Shown here: piece by piece, positions 29,350 to 39,573 of the stretch
How the letters are laid out: each line of letters opens with the position of its first letter
Position numbering within the stretch: position 1 is the first letter of the stretch
NCBI GenBank assembly: GCA_047601185.1
Contig: JASGJS010000001.1
Location: forward strand, 1,636,340-1,700,339
DNA from: Gammaproteobacteria bacterium
GTDB lineage: Bacteria > Pseudomonadota > Gammaproteobacteria > JAURND01
Length of the DNA: 64,000 nucleotides
Direction: 5' to 3'
Translations under genes and position numbers: made by a program
The notes under the pieces: generated by a model
What the model was told of the DNA's origin: nothing
The model's input: the letters and a program-made list of their open reading frames with translations, nothing else
Database searches by the model: none

Positions 29350-30162
29350 CTATCCTTTTTTGTTGGCCGGAGCTGGGGTCGTAGGTGCAACGCTGCTTGC
29401 GGCAGACGCGGTTGTCGTATCTTCAACCACATCTGTCTGCGGACTATGCGGCAATTTAGACCCAATCACCACCGAAGCCGTCTGCACCACTTTCGCATTG
29501 ACTACCGTACTCACAGCATTTGCGTCACTGCTACCTGAAGCAGTCATCAACATAGCGCGGGGTGCTTCAGCTGCCATCATAGGGGCCGGTGTATTACCCG
29601 AAAAATTAACTGCATACACGAAATAATGTTGTTCAGGATAGACTTTATTCAACGCCGCGATTTCTTGCTTCACTTGAGCATAGATTTCGGCTCGCGCAGC
29701 GGTATAAGCTTGCTCTATTTCTGCCTGGCCTGGGCTGAACTCAACATTGCTCACGCTATAAGTTTGCCCATCTTTACTGGCAGATTTTGCTTTATCGCGA
29801 ATCGCCGCTAACGCATCACCGGGCAATCTGGCTTCTGCTTCTACGTGCAACATTTCCAGGCCGGATTTGTCTTGGCTGCGCACAAATTGGGTGATATGCC
29901 AATCAGCCGTGGGTGCTATTTTCTTTAAATTTTCCTGCACTTGATCATTGATATGCGCCAAATCCATTTTATTCAAAGCCGCATCTAAGCTGACGGTCAC
30001 TTTAGCGGTTTTGGTGGCTGCCCATTTTTCAACGGTCACTTGATAGGAGATTTGACTTAAGGGGGGAATTTGTGGCGGAATATCCGGCACCATGGCTAAA
30101 GCAGACAAGCTCGTCATGCTGAGTAATGCAAAAGACATCAAAACTTTGTTCAAAACTTTCAT
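29350..30162 (-). CDS. Secreted/periplasmic hypothetical protein (270 aa)
   Basis: Clear signal peptide MKVLNKVLMSFALLSMTSLSALA. There is a weak resemblance to SIMPL/DUF541-type periplasmic proteins, which I cannot confirm. Confidence 0.6.
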   Translation of the reverse strand: MKVLNKVLMSFALLSMTSLSALAMVPDIPPQIPPLSQISYQVTVEKWAATKTAKVTVSLDAALNKMDLAHINDQVQENLKKIAPTADWHITQFVRSQDKSGLEMLHVEAEARLPGDALAAIRDKAKSASKDGQTYSVSNVEFSPGQAEIEQAYTAARAEIYAQVKQEIAALNKVYPEQHYFVYAVNFSGNTPAPMMAAEAPRAMLMTASGSSDANAVSTVVNAKVVQTASVVIGSKLPHSPQTDVVEDTTTASAASSVAPTTPAPANKKG

Positions 30163-30247
30163 AAGGGCTCCTTAATGTTTTGCACCGATAACGTTTAAAT
30201 GATAATGTTGTGTGCCAGTATATACTGAAAACATAGGATTTAAAACC

Positions 30248-31315
30248 ATGACAACCATTGTCAGTTTCTCCGTTGATTATATTCAATATTTAACCCCCGA
30301 AGCCAAACTGCTATGCCCCCTCCCAGAAGGCTTAAAGGACCCTAAACAGCTCATCGCTTTATACCAAAAAATGGCCTTCCTCCGCGCCTTCGACGCCAAA
30401 GCGGTTATTTTGCAACGGACGGGGAAATTAGGCACTTATCCTGCGGCTTTAGGACAGGAAGCGGTGTCCATGAGCATGGGATATGCCATGGAACCGCAAG
30501 ACGTATTGGTGCCTTACTATCGTGATCAGGGTGCTTTACTGGAGCGCGGCGTACTGCCTTCAGAAATCTACGCATATTGGGGAGGCGATGAACGTGGCAG
30601 TTCTTTTGTCTCAGCCACCAACCCCAAAGATTTCCCGCTCTGTGTCCCCATCGCCACTCAATTACTCCATGCAGCTGGCGTCGCTTATGCTTTCCAGCTG
30701 CGTAAACAACCCCATGCGGTGGTCACCAGTTGCGGTGAAGGTGGCACCTCTGAAGGGGATTTTTACGAAGCGATTAATTTTGCCGGTGCTTGCCAATTAC
30801 CGGTGGTGTTTGTGGTGAACAATAATCAGTGGGCAATTTCAGTGCCGAGAAGCAAACAAACCCGCACGACTACTATTGCACAAAAAGCCATTGCAGGGGG
30901 ATTTGAGGGTATACAAGTCGATGGCAATGATGTGATTGCGATGGTCGGCACCATGCAAGCTGCATTGAAAAAAGCCCGCACAGGTGGCGGCCCCACGTTG
31001 ATTGAAGCCATCACCTATCGACTGTGTGATCACACCACCGCCGATGATGCCAAACGTTATGTCCATCCAGATGATCTAAAAAAAGCCTGGGATTTAGAAC
31101 CTTTAAAACGCTTACAACGTTATTTAATCGACAATAATTTATGGAATAGCGATGCAGAAGCGAGTATGCAGCAAGACATTGAAGCTACGATTAAACAAGC
31201 TGTGGAGGACTATTTACAGCTGCCTCCAGCTCCTCACACTGACATGCTCGATTATTTGTATGCGGTATTACCTAAAGCCTATCAATCACAACGCGCCGCT
31301 TTGATGGCACATTAA
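30248..31315 (+). CDS. 2-oxoacid (pyruvate/branched-chain) dehydrogenase E1 component, alpha subunit
   Basis: TPP-binding region GEGGTSEGDFYEAINFAG..VVNNNQWAIS. Start at ATG 30248. Confidence 0.9.
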   Translation: MTTIVSFSVDYIQYLTPEAKLLCPLPEGLKDPKQLIALYQKMAFLRAFDAKAVILQRTGKLGTYPAALGQEAVSMSMGYAMEPQDVLVPYYRDQGALLERGVLPSEIYAYWGGDERGSSFVSATNPKDFPLCVPIATQLLHAAGVAYAFQLRKQPHAVVTSCGEGGTSEGDFYEAINFAGACQLPVVFVVNNNQWAISVPRSKQTRTTTIAQKAIAGGFEGIQVDGNDVIAMVGTMQAALKKARTGGGPTLIEAITYRLCDHTTADDAKRYVHPDDLKKAWDLEPLKRLQRYLIDNNLWNSDAEASMQQDIEATIKQAVEDYLQLPPAPHTDMLDYLYAVLPKAYQSQRAALMAH

Positions 31316-31324
31316 GGAATTTTC

Positions 31325-32305
31325 ATGACTCAAATCACTTTAGCTGAAGCCGTCACCCAAGCGCTGGCTTATGAAATGGCAGCAGATCCGAATGTTTTAG
31401 TCTTAGGCGAAGACGTCGCAACCAATGGCGGTGTCTTCCGAACCACTGTCGGTCTTTTAGATAAATTTGGCCCCGAACGCGTCATCGATACGCCCTTAGC
31501 AGAAAGCATGATCGCGGGCATTTCGATTGGGATGGCAACGCAAGGTCTAAAACCCGTTGCTGAATTCCAATTCATGGGTTTTATTTATCCTGCGTTAGAT
31601 CAAATTATTTGTCATGCGGCGAGGATGCGTAATCGAACCCGCGGCAGGCTCAGCTGTCCCTTGGTCTTTCGTGCCCCTTATGGTGGCGGCATTCATGCGC
31701 CAGAACATCATTCCGAAAGTACTGAAGCCATGTTTGCACATATGCCCGGTATTCGCGTGGTGATCCCCTCTTCTCCGGCCCGTGCTTATGGATTATTGCT
31801 CGCAGCCATGCGTGATCCAGACCCCGTGCTTTTTTTAGAACCCAAGCGTATCTATCGTTTAGTTAAACAAGCCGTGCCCGATTCTGGCGAGGCTCTCCCA
31901 TTAGATCGCTGCTTCGTGTTACGCCCCGGCAATGATGTGACCTTAATCAGTTGGGGCGCCTCTCTGCATGAAACCTTACAAGCCGCTGAGCAATTGGCGC
32001 AAATGGGCGTATCCGCTGAAGTGATCGACGTAGCGACCATCAAACCGTTAGACATCGACACGATTTTACAGTCTGTCGAGAAAACCGGACGCTGTGTTAT
32101 TATTCACGAAGCGGCCAGAACCTGCGGCCTCGGTGCTGAAATCGCCGCCCAAATTGCTGAACATGGTTTAATGTTTTTACTCGCCCCCATTCAAAGAGTG
32201 ACGGGCTATGATACGATTATGCCGTATTTAAAATTAGAAAAATTTTACATTCCCAGCGTCGATAAAATTATTCACGCCGTTCATAACATTGTGGAGTATG
32301 CATGA
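31325..32305 (+). CDS. 2-oxoacid dehydrogenase E1 component, beta subunit
   Basis: Transketolase-like pyrimidine-binding and C-terminal domains (VLGEDV..GGVFR, DTPLAE); 326 aa. Confidence 0.92.
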   Translation: MTQITLAEAVTQALAYEMAADPNVLVLGEDVATNGGVFRTTVGLLDKFGPERVIDTPLAESMIAGISIGMATQGLKPVAEFQFMGFIYPALDQIICHAARMRNRTRGRLSCPLVFRAPYGGGIHAPEHHSESTEAMFAHMPGIRVVIPSSPARAYGLLLAAMRDPDPVLFLEPKRIYRLVKQAVPDSGEALPLDRCFVLRPGNDVTLISWGASLHETLQAAEQLAQMGVSAEVIDVATIKPLDIDTILQSVEKTGRCVIIHEAARTCGLGAEIAAQIAEHGLMFLLAPIQRVTGYDTIMPYLKLEKFYIPSVDKIIHAVHNIVEYA

Positions 32306-33417
32306 CCACCGAAATTTTTAAACTACCCGATTTAGGCGAAGGACTCCCTGAAGCCGAAATTCGCGAATGGTATGTGACAGAAGGTCAGGAAGTCAAACAA
32401 GATCAACCCCTCGTCTCCATGGAAACTGCCAAAGCCGTGGTGGATGTGCCCTCTCCTCATGCGGGAAAAATTACCAAATTGTATGGAAAACCTGGTGAGA
32501 TGATTTTAACTGGCGCTCCGTTGATCGCTTTTGGGGATGCCGAAATGGCGGATGCTGGCACTGTAGTAGGCGTAATGCCGACCAGTAACCAAATTTTAGA
32601 AGAGCCTGCGATGGGAGTAACTCAAACCGATCGTAGCACATCAGGGATTAAAGCAACCCCTGCCGTCAAAATGCAAGCCAGCAAATTGAAAGTGGATCTC
32701 TCACAACTGACGGGATCTGGACCTGGTGGCACCATCACCATGGAAGATGTGCAACGCGCTGCCGCTCAGCAATCTACTCCTATTTTAGGAGAAGCGCTGC
32801 ATGGCGTTAGGCGTGTGATGGCGCAGCAAATGGCTAAGTCACATGCTGAAGTGGTGCCCGTGACGTTGACAGAAGATGCCAATATTTCGCAATGGCCCAA
32901 GGGCACAGACGTGACATTACGTTTATTGCAAGCCATCGTTGCCGCCTGTCAAGCAGAGCCTGCCTTAAATGCCCATTTTTATGGTCAAACGCTCAGTCGT
33001 AAGTTGAATACTCAAGTGAATATTGGGATTGCGGTGGATACACCTCAAGGATTATATGTTCCTGTGATTAAAGCCGCTGAAAGTTGCTCGACCACGCAAA
33101 TGCGAGAAACTTTAGAACAGTTTAAGATCAAAGCCAAAAATCAAACTTTTGCGCCAGAAGATTTACAAAATACTACGATTACTTTATCGAATTTTGGTAC
33201 AATTGCTGGGCGCTATGCCAGTCCAGTGGTGGTACCACCGACAGTGGCGATTATTGCGGTGGGTAGATCGCGGCCGACAGTGCTTGCCGTCGATAATGCA
33301 GCTGTGATCCAAATGGTGATGCCAATTAGCTTAACGTTTGATCATCGGGCAGCAACGGGAGGAGAGGCAGCTCGGTTTTTGGCGGCTTTTATTCGAGCTT
33401 TGGAGTTAATGAGTTAA
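32302..33417 (+). CDS. Dihydrolipoamide acyltransferase (E2)
   Basis: One lipoyl domain (lipoyl-Lys in SMETAKAVVDVPSP), a peripheral-subunit-binding domain (ATPAVKMQASKLKVDLSQLTGSGPGG) and the catalytic motif FDHRAATGGEAARFL. The start overlaps the E1-beta stop by 4 nt. Confidence 0.92.
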   Translation: MTTEIFKLPDLGEGLPEAEIREWYVTEGQEVKQDQPLVSMETAKAVVDVPSPHAGKITKLYGKPGEMILTGAPLIAFGDAEMADAGTVVGVMPTSNQILEEPAMGVTQTDRSTSGIKATPAVKMQASKLKVDLSQLTGSGPGGTITMEDVQRAAAQQSTPILGEALHGVRRVMAQQMAKSHAEVVPVTLTEDANISQWPKGTDVTLRLLQAIVAACQAEPALNAHFYGQTLSRKLNTQVNIGIAVDTPQGLYVPVIKAAESCSTTQMRETLEQFKIKAKNQTFAPEDLQNTTITLSNFGTIAGRYASPVVVPPTVAIIAVGRSRPTVLAVDNAAVIQMVMPISLTFDHRAATGGEAARFLAAFIRALELMS

Positions 33418-33429
33418 CACGCTGATGAT

Positions 33430-33490
33430 CCCCCTCATCCGCCTATCGGCACCTTCTCCCACAGGGGGAGAAGGAACCACCTCAAGCTTT
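33430..33490 (-). repeat. Family-A repeat, copy A14
   Basis: CCCCCTCATCCGCCTATCGGCACCTTCTCCCACAGGGGGAGAAGGAACCACCTCAAGCTT, 13 nt after the E2 stop. Confidence 0.85.
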
Positions 33491-33536
33491 TGTGGGGTTT
33501 TAATCTTTGTGCTTGAATATCCTCTGAGTCATATTT

Positions 33537-34700
33537 ATGCAAGATCCTGATTACAAACGTCGGTTAAAAAAGCGCATGATCATTGTGCTTTCTGCGCTGG
33601 GCATTTTATTTTGCCTAATTTTTTTAATTGATGTGGTCAGAAGTGCCATTGTTAAGCATTTTGTCTCCCAATTCACGCAACAGACCGTCACCATTTCGAC
33701 CAGCATCGCCAAAGCTGAAACCTGGCATCCGCAAATTACCTCCATTGGATCTTTAGTCGCGAGCAATGGCGTGCAAGTGAGTTCACAACTGTCAGGAATG
33801 GTGACAGCGATTTATTTCAGCTCAGGACGAATAGTAGAGAAGGGCCAGCCCTTAATACAATTAGATAATCGCACCGACTTGGAAGATCTCGCTAACTACA
33901 AAGCGCAGCTCAAACTCTCTCAAGTCAATTACGACCGTCAAGTCAGTTTGCTGAAAACCAATGCTACTTCGCAATCTTCCCTCGATCAAGCCGCTGCCAA
34001 TTTGCAACAAAGTCAGTCAGCGGTTGGCAAAACGGAAGTCACTATTGATCAGAAATTAATTAAAGCGCCTTTTAGCGGCAAGTTAGGGATACGCAACGTG
34101 AATATTGGCCAATATGCCTCTCCAGGCACCCCTTTGGTGAATTTACAGGCGTTAAATCCTCTACTTCTACAATTCTCAGTTCCTGAACAAAATTTACGTT
34201 ATCTACGCGTCGGTCAGCCCATTGAATTTTCAGTGGAGACTTATCCAGGAGAAACCTTTAAAGGCACGGTTTCGGCCACAGAATCTGCTGTAGACGTGCA
34301 AACCCGCAACATTATGGTCGAAGCCACTGTCCCCAATCCTAAAATGCGGCTTTTTCCAGGATCTTTTGCCAATATCCGCGTGCAATTACCAGAACAAAAA
34401 AACGTGGTGACAGTGCCGCAAACCGCTATTTCAGCGAGTTTATTTGGTAGCACTGTGTATGTCGTTAAACCCGCTGGCAAGGATAAAAACGGTAAACAAC
34501 TCCACACCGCGCATTTAGTCTATGTGACCACCGGTGAAATGCGCGGCAATGAAGTTGAAATTTTAAAAGGCATCCAAGCCGGCGACGAAGTGGTGAATGC
34601 GGGTCAATTAAAACTACAGGATGGCGCCTCCGTCAGTATTAATAATAGCGTGCAATTGGCACCGCTCACCCCCGAACAATTAAGTCAAGATCGGTCTTGA
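33537..34700 (+). CDS. RND efflux periplasmic adaptor (membrane fusion protein)
   Basis: N-terminal TM anchor, coiled-coil hairpin and barrel-sandwich motifs; 387 aa. It lies immediately upstream of the RND pump. Confidence 0.88.
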   Translation: MQDPDYKRRLKKRMIIVLSALGILFCLIFLIDVVRSAIVKHFVSQFTQQTVTISTSIAKAETWHPQITSIGSLVASNGVQVSSQLSGMVTAIYFSSGRIVEKGQPLIQLDNRTDLEDLANYKAQLKLSQVNYDRQVSLLKTNATSQSSLDQAAANLQQSQSAVGKTEVTIDQKLIKAPFSGKLGIRNVNIGQYASPGTPLVNLQALNPLLLQFSVPEQNLRYLRVGQPIEFSVETYPGETFKGTVSATESAVDVQTRNIMVEATVPNPKMRLFPGSFANIRVQLPEQKNVVTVPQTAISASLFGSTVYVVKPAGKDKNGKQLHTAHLVYVTTGEMRGNEVEILKGIQAGDEVVNAGQLKLQDGASVSINNSVQLAPLTPEQLSQDRS

Positions 34701-34704
34701 TCTT

Positions 34705-37700
34705 ATGCAATTTACTGACCTGTTTATTAAACGCCCGGTCTTAGCCGTGGTGGTGAGTCTGTTGATTTTTATTTTCGGGCTCAGAGCCATTTACGACTTA
34801 CCCTTGCGCGAATATCCGGTGATGGAAAACACGGTGGTCACTGTCACCACCAGCTATCCCGGCGCTAGCCCTGAAGTCGTGCAAGGTTTTATTACTTCCA
34901 TTTTAGAAAAATCGATTGCTGGCGCCAATGGCGTTGACTATATCACCGCGACCAGTACGCAAAGTGTCAGCACTATCCAAGCCTACATCAAACTCAATTT
35001 TGATCCGAATCAGGCTTTTACGGAAGTGATGAGTAAAGTCGCCGAAGTGCAAAGCCAATTACCGACCGATAGTAAAGAACCCGTGATTAAAAAAGACACT
35101 GGTTCTACCATTGCGCTGATGTATATCAGTTTTTTTAGCAAAGAACTCTCACCTGAGCAAATTACCGAATTTATCAGTCGGGTGATGCGTCCTAAATTAC
35201 AAACAGTCTCAGGGGTTTCGAGTATCGATATTTTAGGCGGCAATACTTTTGCGATGCGGATTTGGCTCAATACCACCCGCATGGCCGCCCTCAATGTGAC
35301 GCCCAGCGATATTGCCAATGCCCTAAAAGCCAATAACTTCCAATCCGCTGCAGGAAAAACCAAGGGCGAATTTGTCGCATTCACTGTCAATGCTTTAACC
35401 GATATTCATAGTGAAGACGCTTTTAAACAAATGGTGGTTAAAAGTTCAGGCGGCACTTTAGTGCGTCTGCAAGATGTCGCTTCGGTGCAATTAGGCTCAC
35501 AAAGTTATGATTCTTTGGTCACGTTTAATGGACAAAAAGCCACTTTTATTGGGGTTAATGCCACGCCAGATGCTAATCCCCTCACCGTGATTAAGGATAT
35601 TCGCAAGTTATTACCCGATTTAGAAAAAAACTATCCACCGGCTTTGCATTCTGAAATTGTGTATGACTCCACCGCTTACATCAGCGCTTCATTAGAAGAA
35701 GTGATCATGACGTTGCTGGAAGCCACTGCGATTGTGATTGTGGTGATTTATTTATTCTTAGGCTCATTGCGCTCGGTTTTTATTCCCATTATCACCATTC
35801 CTTTGTCGCTGGTCGGGGTTTGTACGTTGATGCTAGGGCTGGGCTATTCTTTAAACTTATTGACCCTGTTAGCCATGGTGCTGGCCATTGGGTTAGTGGT
35901 CGATGACGCGATTGTCGTCGTGGAAAATGTCCATCGTCATATTGAAGAAGGTTTATCGCCCTTTGCGGCAGCTTTGCAAGGTGCGCGTGAAATTGCCGGG
36001 CCAGTCATTGCGATGACCATTACCCTTGCAGCAGTGTATGCACCGATTGGCTTTATGAGTGGCTTAACCGGTGCGCTCTTTAAAGAATTTGCATTTACTT
36101 TAGCGTGCTCCGTGATTATTTCTGGGGTTGTGGCATTAACCCTTTCTCCGATGATGTGTTCAAAAGTGCTTTCTGCCGAAAAAAGTACGGGGCGCTTTGC
36201 GCATTATCTCGATACCAAATTTGAACAATTAAAACATATTTATCAACGGCGTTTGCATAGCGTCTTGGAATATCGTCCCGTCACTGTCGTGTTTGCCATT
36301 GTTATTTTAAGCAGCTGTTACTTTCTTTATACCAATACCGTGCAAGAATTAGCCCCTGAAGAAGATCAAAGTGTGTTATTTGCACAGGCGACTGCGCCCC
36401 AATACGCCAACTTAAATTATTTAACCGCTTTCACCAATCAATTTAATGAAATTTTTAAAAATACCCCTGAACAACAAGCGTATTTTGTGATTAATGGCGG
36501 TAGCGATCCCACTACCGCTTTTGCAGGTCTGATGCTCAAACCTTGGGATCAGCGCTCTCGCTCACAACAAAAAATTAATCCTGAATTACAACTGAAGATT
36601 CGTCAAATTGCGGGGATTAAGGCCGCGGTGTTTCCGTTACCCTCTTTACCGGTGGGTGGCAGCCCGCTGCCGATTCAATTTGTGATTAATTCGACAGAAA
36701 GCTATCCCGCCATTTATCAGGCTTCTCAAAAAATTGAAGAAGCCGGTCGCAACAGCGGTTTATTTATTTACATTGATAATTCGTTGAAATTTGATAAGCC
36801 CGAAGTTCAAGTCAACATTAATCGCAATAAAGCCGGTCAAATGGGCATTAGCATGCAAGATATTGGTCAAGCCCTCGGCACTTCATTAGGCGGCAATTAT
36901 ATCAATTTGTTCAGTATGCAAGGGCAAAGCTATCAAGTGATTCCACAAGTTTTACGCAACTTACGATTGAATCCTTATCAAATTGCCAATATTTATTTGC
37001 GTACTAGCAATAATGAGATGGTGCCCTTGTCAACACTGGTGGATATTTCCACGCAATCCAGCCCCAATAATTTAACGGAATTTCAACAACAAAATTCCAC
37101 CACCATTCAAGCGATGATGGTGCCGGGCCGCACCATTGGGGAAGGCTTGCAATTTTTAACCGAACAGGCGCAAAAATATTTACCGAAGGGAATGAATTAT
37201 GATTTTGCCGGTCAATCACGACAATTTATTCAAGAAGGCTCTGCGCTGATTTTCACTTTCTTCTTTGCGATTATTGTGATCTTCTTGGTCTTGTCCGCGC
37301 AATTTGAAAGTTTCCGCGATCCCTTAATTATTTTAATCAGCGTGCCGATGTCGATTTGCGGTGCGCTGATTCCTTTAAATTTAGGATTCGCCAGTATCAA
37401 TATTTATACGCAAGTGGGATTGATTACACTGATTGGATTAATCAGTAAGCATGGAATTTTGATGGTGGATTTTGCGAATAGCTTACAAGAGACAGAAGGT
37501 TTAGGTATTAAAGAAGCGATTGAAAAAGCCGCAGCTATTCGATTGCGACCGATTCTTATGACCACGGCGGCGATGATTTTGGGCGTGCTACCACTGATTA
37601 CGGCCAGTGGCGCAGGTGCAAAGAGCCGGTTTGATATTGGGTTGGTGATTGCGACAGGTATGTTAATCGGGACGGGATTTACCTTGTTTGTAGTGCCGAC

Positions 37701-37743
37701 GATTTATACGTTTGTGGCGAAGCGGAGATTTAAAAATCCATGA
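34705..37743 (+). CDS. RND efflux permease (AcrB/MdtB-type, HAE1)
   Basis: 1012 aa with a 12-TM pattern and N-terminus MQFTDLFIKRPVLAVVVSLLI typical of AcrB-family pumps. No outer-membrane factor gene is adjacent. Confidence 0.93.
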   Translation: MQFTDLFIKRPVLAVVVSLLIFIFGLRAIYDLPLREYPVMENTVVTVTTSYPGASPEVVQGFITSILEKSIAGANGVDYITATSTQSVSTIQAYIKLNFDPNQAFTEVMSKVAEVQSQLPTDSKEPVIKKDTGSTIALMYISFFSKELSPEQITEFISRVMRPKLQTVSGVSSIDILGGNTFAMRIWLNTTRMAALNVTPSDIANALKANNFQSAAGKTKGEFVAFTVNALTDIHSEDAFKQMVVKSSGGTLVRLQDVASVQLGSQSYDSLVTFNGQKATFIGVNATPDANPLTVIKDIRKLLPDLEKNYPPALHSEIVYDSTAYISASLEEVIMTLLEATAIVIVVIYLFLGSLRSVFIPIITIPLSLVGVCTLMLGLGYSLNLLTLLAMVLAIGLVVDDAIVVVENVHRHIEEGLSPFAAALQGAREIAGPVIAMTITLAAVYAPIGFMSGLTGALFKEFAFTLACSVIISGVVALTLSPMMCSKVLSAEKSTGRFAHYLDTKFEQLKHIYQRRLHSVLEYRPVTVVFAIVILSSCYFLYTNTVQELAPEEDQSVLFAQATAPQYANLNYLTAFTNQFNEIFKNTPEQQAYFVINGGSDPTTAFAGLMLKPWDQRSRSQQKINPELQLKIRQIAGIKAAVFPLPSLPVGGSPLPIQFVINSTESYPAIYQASQKIEEAGRNSGLFIYIDNSLKFDKPEVQVNINRNKAGQMGISMQDIGQALGTSLGGNYINLFSMQGQSYQVIPQVLRNLRLNPYQIANIYLRTSNNEMVPLSTLVDISTQSSPNNLTEFQQQNSTTIQAMMVPGRTIGEGLQFLTEQAQKYLPKGMNYDFAGQSRQFIQEGSALIFTFFFAIIVIFLVLSAQFESFRDPLIILISVPMSICGALIPLNLGFASINIYTQVGLITLIGLISKHGILMVDFANSLQETEGLGIKEAIEKAAAIRLRPILMTTAAMILGVLPLITASGAGAKSRFDIGLVIATGMLIGTGFTLFVVPTIYTFVAKRRFKNP

Positions 37744-37847
37744 TGTTGAAACGCTAAAACTCTCACCTTTTCTTAGTAAATTAATAGATTTCTTGCGACG
37801 AATTTCCAACTATAGTACGATGGCTCTCTTTTTTAACGGAGAGAATT

Positions 37848-38993
37848 ATGGCAGAGGAAAGAGACTACGATCCAGAACGAGATCTAGGTCCCTATGTTTT
37901 ACAAGATGAGCTTGAAAAAAAACGAAATACCCCTCCACCACCTCCAGCTCCCCCTCAAAACCCGCCCAATCCTCAACCCAACAAATGGGAAACTTTTTTA
38001 AAACAAACTAAAGATGTTTCAGCTAAAACGTTATCGTGGGTCAGCAGTCCCTTAATCACCGGCTATACCTTATTTAAAACACTTCCGACTGTATTCTGTC
38101 ATTTCGCCACCGACAAATCAGCCTGTCAAGAAAATGTTCAAATACCCACAATGATTATAACCGCATTATCTTCACTCATGGTGGCGCGTAGGATAGATAA
38201 AGCTTCTCAAGTCGGCATCGCGCTTTCAAATAAAAAAGCCTCAGACAAAAAAGAAGTGAAAATTTCTCATTCAGAATCTTTAACAACACGTTATATCAAC
38301 GCAGCCGATAAAATATGCCAATATGCTGCGCCTGTGGTCATTTCTGGCGTTTCTCTGGCGGTCATTCAGGGTATGAGCAAAGAGAGTTTAATCGCATTTG
38401 GGGTGGATTCAGAAACAGCGACAACTGCTTCTTATGTGGTGACCGGTGGTGTTACAAGCTTAACTTTTCCAGCACTCTATGCGTTATTGGGGTTGAACCG
38501 TCCTAAAAATGAAAATGTAACCGCTGCACGTCCACCGTCTCGCGCTGAAGAAAAATCCAAACCCAAAGTGGTATCCAGACATAGCGTGGCATCCAGGCAC
38601 AGTGAAAGAGAAGTTCAACTTTCAAGAGCTTCAGTTTCACAGACGGAGGATTTGCCTACTGAAATAGATCATTCACAACACATTGATGCGGAAGCAGAAA
38701 ATCAGACATTCCCAACAATAGCCCCCACCAGAGACCTGACAATTCATACTAGCCCTAGCATGGAATCTAATATGAGCCAACCTCAACCAACCCCTACCAG
38801 CCCGCAGTCTAAACACCCCCCTCCTTCTCCAGCCCCACTCAGACCCTCTGCTAGCCAGGAATCACAGAGTACTCCCACGCCTCGACTTCCTAAAGGTTTT
38901 TCTTATATTCCCGAAGGAAATGAAAATATTGATGAGAATGATGATCAAAAAGAAGGCAAACGAATGGGCTCTAACAATGGCAGTTTGCCTTAA
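37848..38993 (+). CDS. Hypothetical proline-rich membrane protein (381 aa); candidate effector
   Basis: GGAGAG Shine-Dalgarno 5 nt upstream. PPPPPAPPQNPPNPQP tract, about 4 hydrophobic segments, a Ser/Pro-rich C-terminal half and an acidic C-terminus (ENIDENDDQKE). No family recognised. Confidence 0.6.
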   Translation: MAEERDYDPERDLGPYVLQDELEKKRNTPPPPPAPPQNPPNPQPNKWETFLKQTKDVSAKTLSWVSSPLITGYTLFKTLPTVFCHFATDKSACQENVQIPTMIITALSSLMVARRIDKASQVGIALSNKKASDKKEVKISHSESLTTRYINAADKICQYAAPVVISGVSLAVIQGMSKESLIAFGVDSETATTASYVVTGGVTSLTFPALYALLGLNRPKNENVTAARPPSRAEEKSKPKVVSRHSVASRHSEREVQLSRASVSQTEDLPTEIDHSQHIDAEAENQTFPTIAPTRDLTIHTSPSMESNMSQPQPTPTSPQSKHPPPSPAPLRPSASQESQSTPTPRLPKGFSYIPEGNENIDENDDQKEGKRMGSNNGSLP

Positions 38994-39010
38994 TTGAGCT
39001 ATGCAATGCA

Positions 39011-39040
39011 GGGAGTGCGGGTGTTGCCCGCTAAACTCCC
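39011..39040. terminator. Hairpin between convergent genes (degenerate family-B-like core)
   Basis: GGGAGTGCGGG-TGTT-GCCCGCTAAACTCCC lies between the stops at 38993 (+) and 39053 (-). It resembles the B core GGGAGCGCGGGC...GCCCGC. Confidence 0.5.
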
Positions 39041-39052
39041 AACTGCACGCAG

Positions 39053-39484
39053 CTATTGCACGCTTTGCAGCCCACAGCTACTGGACCATTCTTCTATTTT
39101 CAAATGGAGACCGCTGGTGGCTGACGTCGTGAAAGGATAAGCTCTGACTTCACAATCATTGCCAATTGGTGTGATGACTAAACGATTGCTCAATCCTTGT
39201 GAAGGGAGCGTGGTGGTGACAGCGATATGATCCACCCCCTCTCTACAACTATCGGAAGTGCCATATCTAAAAATCAACGGGGTATCGTCGGTTCTGTCAA
39301 TATGTTGCGTTGCGGTGCCACACATGGTGCCATCTTTATAACCGACAACCGTTCCAATCAAATTGTCGACTTCTTCATCGGGGGGGATGTGCATGGTGAT
39401 TTTCCCTGTCGCGGAAGCGGCGTTTGCATGGAGACTGATGGAAAAGATGCCAGCGAGTAGTGCAGTTAATACGATTTTTTTCAT
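39053..39484 (-). CDS. Small secreted hypothetical protein (143 aa)
   Basis: Signal peptide MKKIVLTALLAGIFSISLHANA and several Cys residues. No family recognised. Confidence 0.55.
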   Translation of the reverse strand: MKKIVLTALLAGIFSISLHANAASATGKITMHIPPDEEVDNLIGTVVGYKDGTMCGTATQHIDRTDDTPLIFRYGTSDSCREGVDHIAVTTTLPSQGLSNRLVITPIGNDCEVRAYPFTTSATSGLHLKIEEWSSSCGLQSVQ

Positions 39485-39573
39485 AACAAGATCCTCATTA
39501 TTTTTATAGACCTTTGTTAAGTTAAGTAGGGTTTAGAGCGGAAAAATGTAAGATAAAGCCACTTATTTTGTTA

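Noticed and set aside
30248-37743. Missing partners as anomalies: no E3 (lpd) gene after the E1ab/E2 operon, and no outer-membrane factor after the RND pair.
   Set aside because: Both components are commonly encoded elsewhere and shared (lpdA, tolC-like). Their absence from this window is uninformative.
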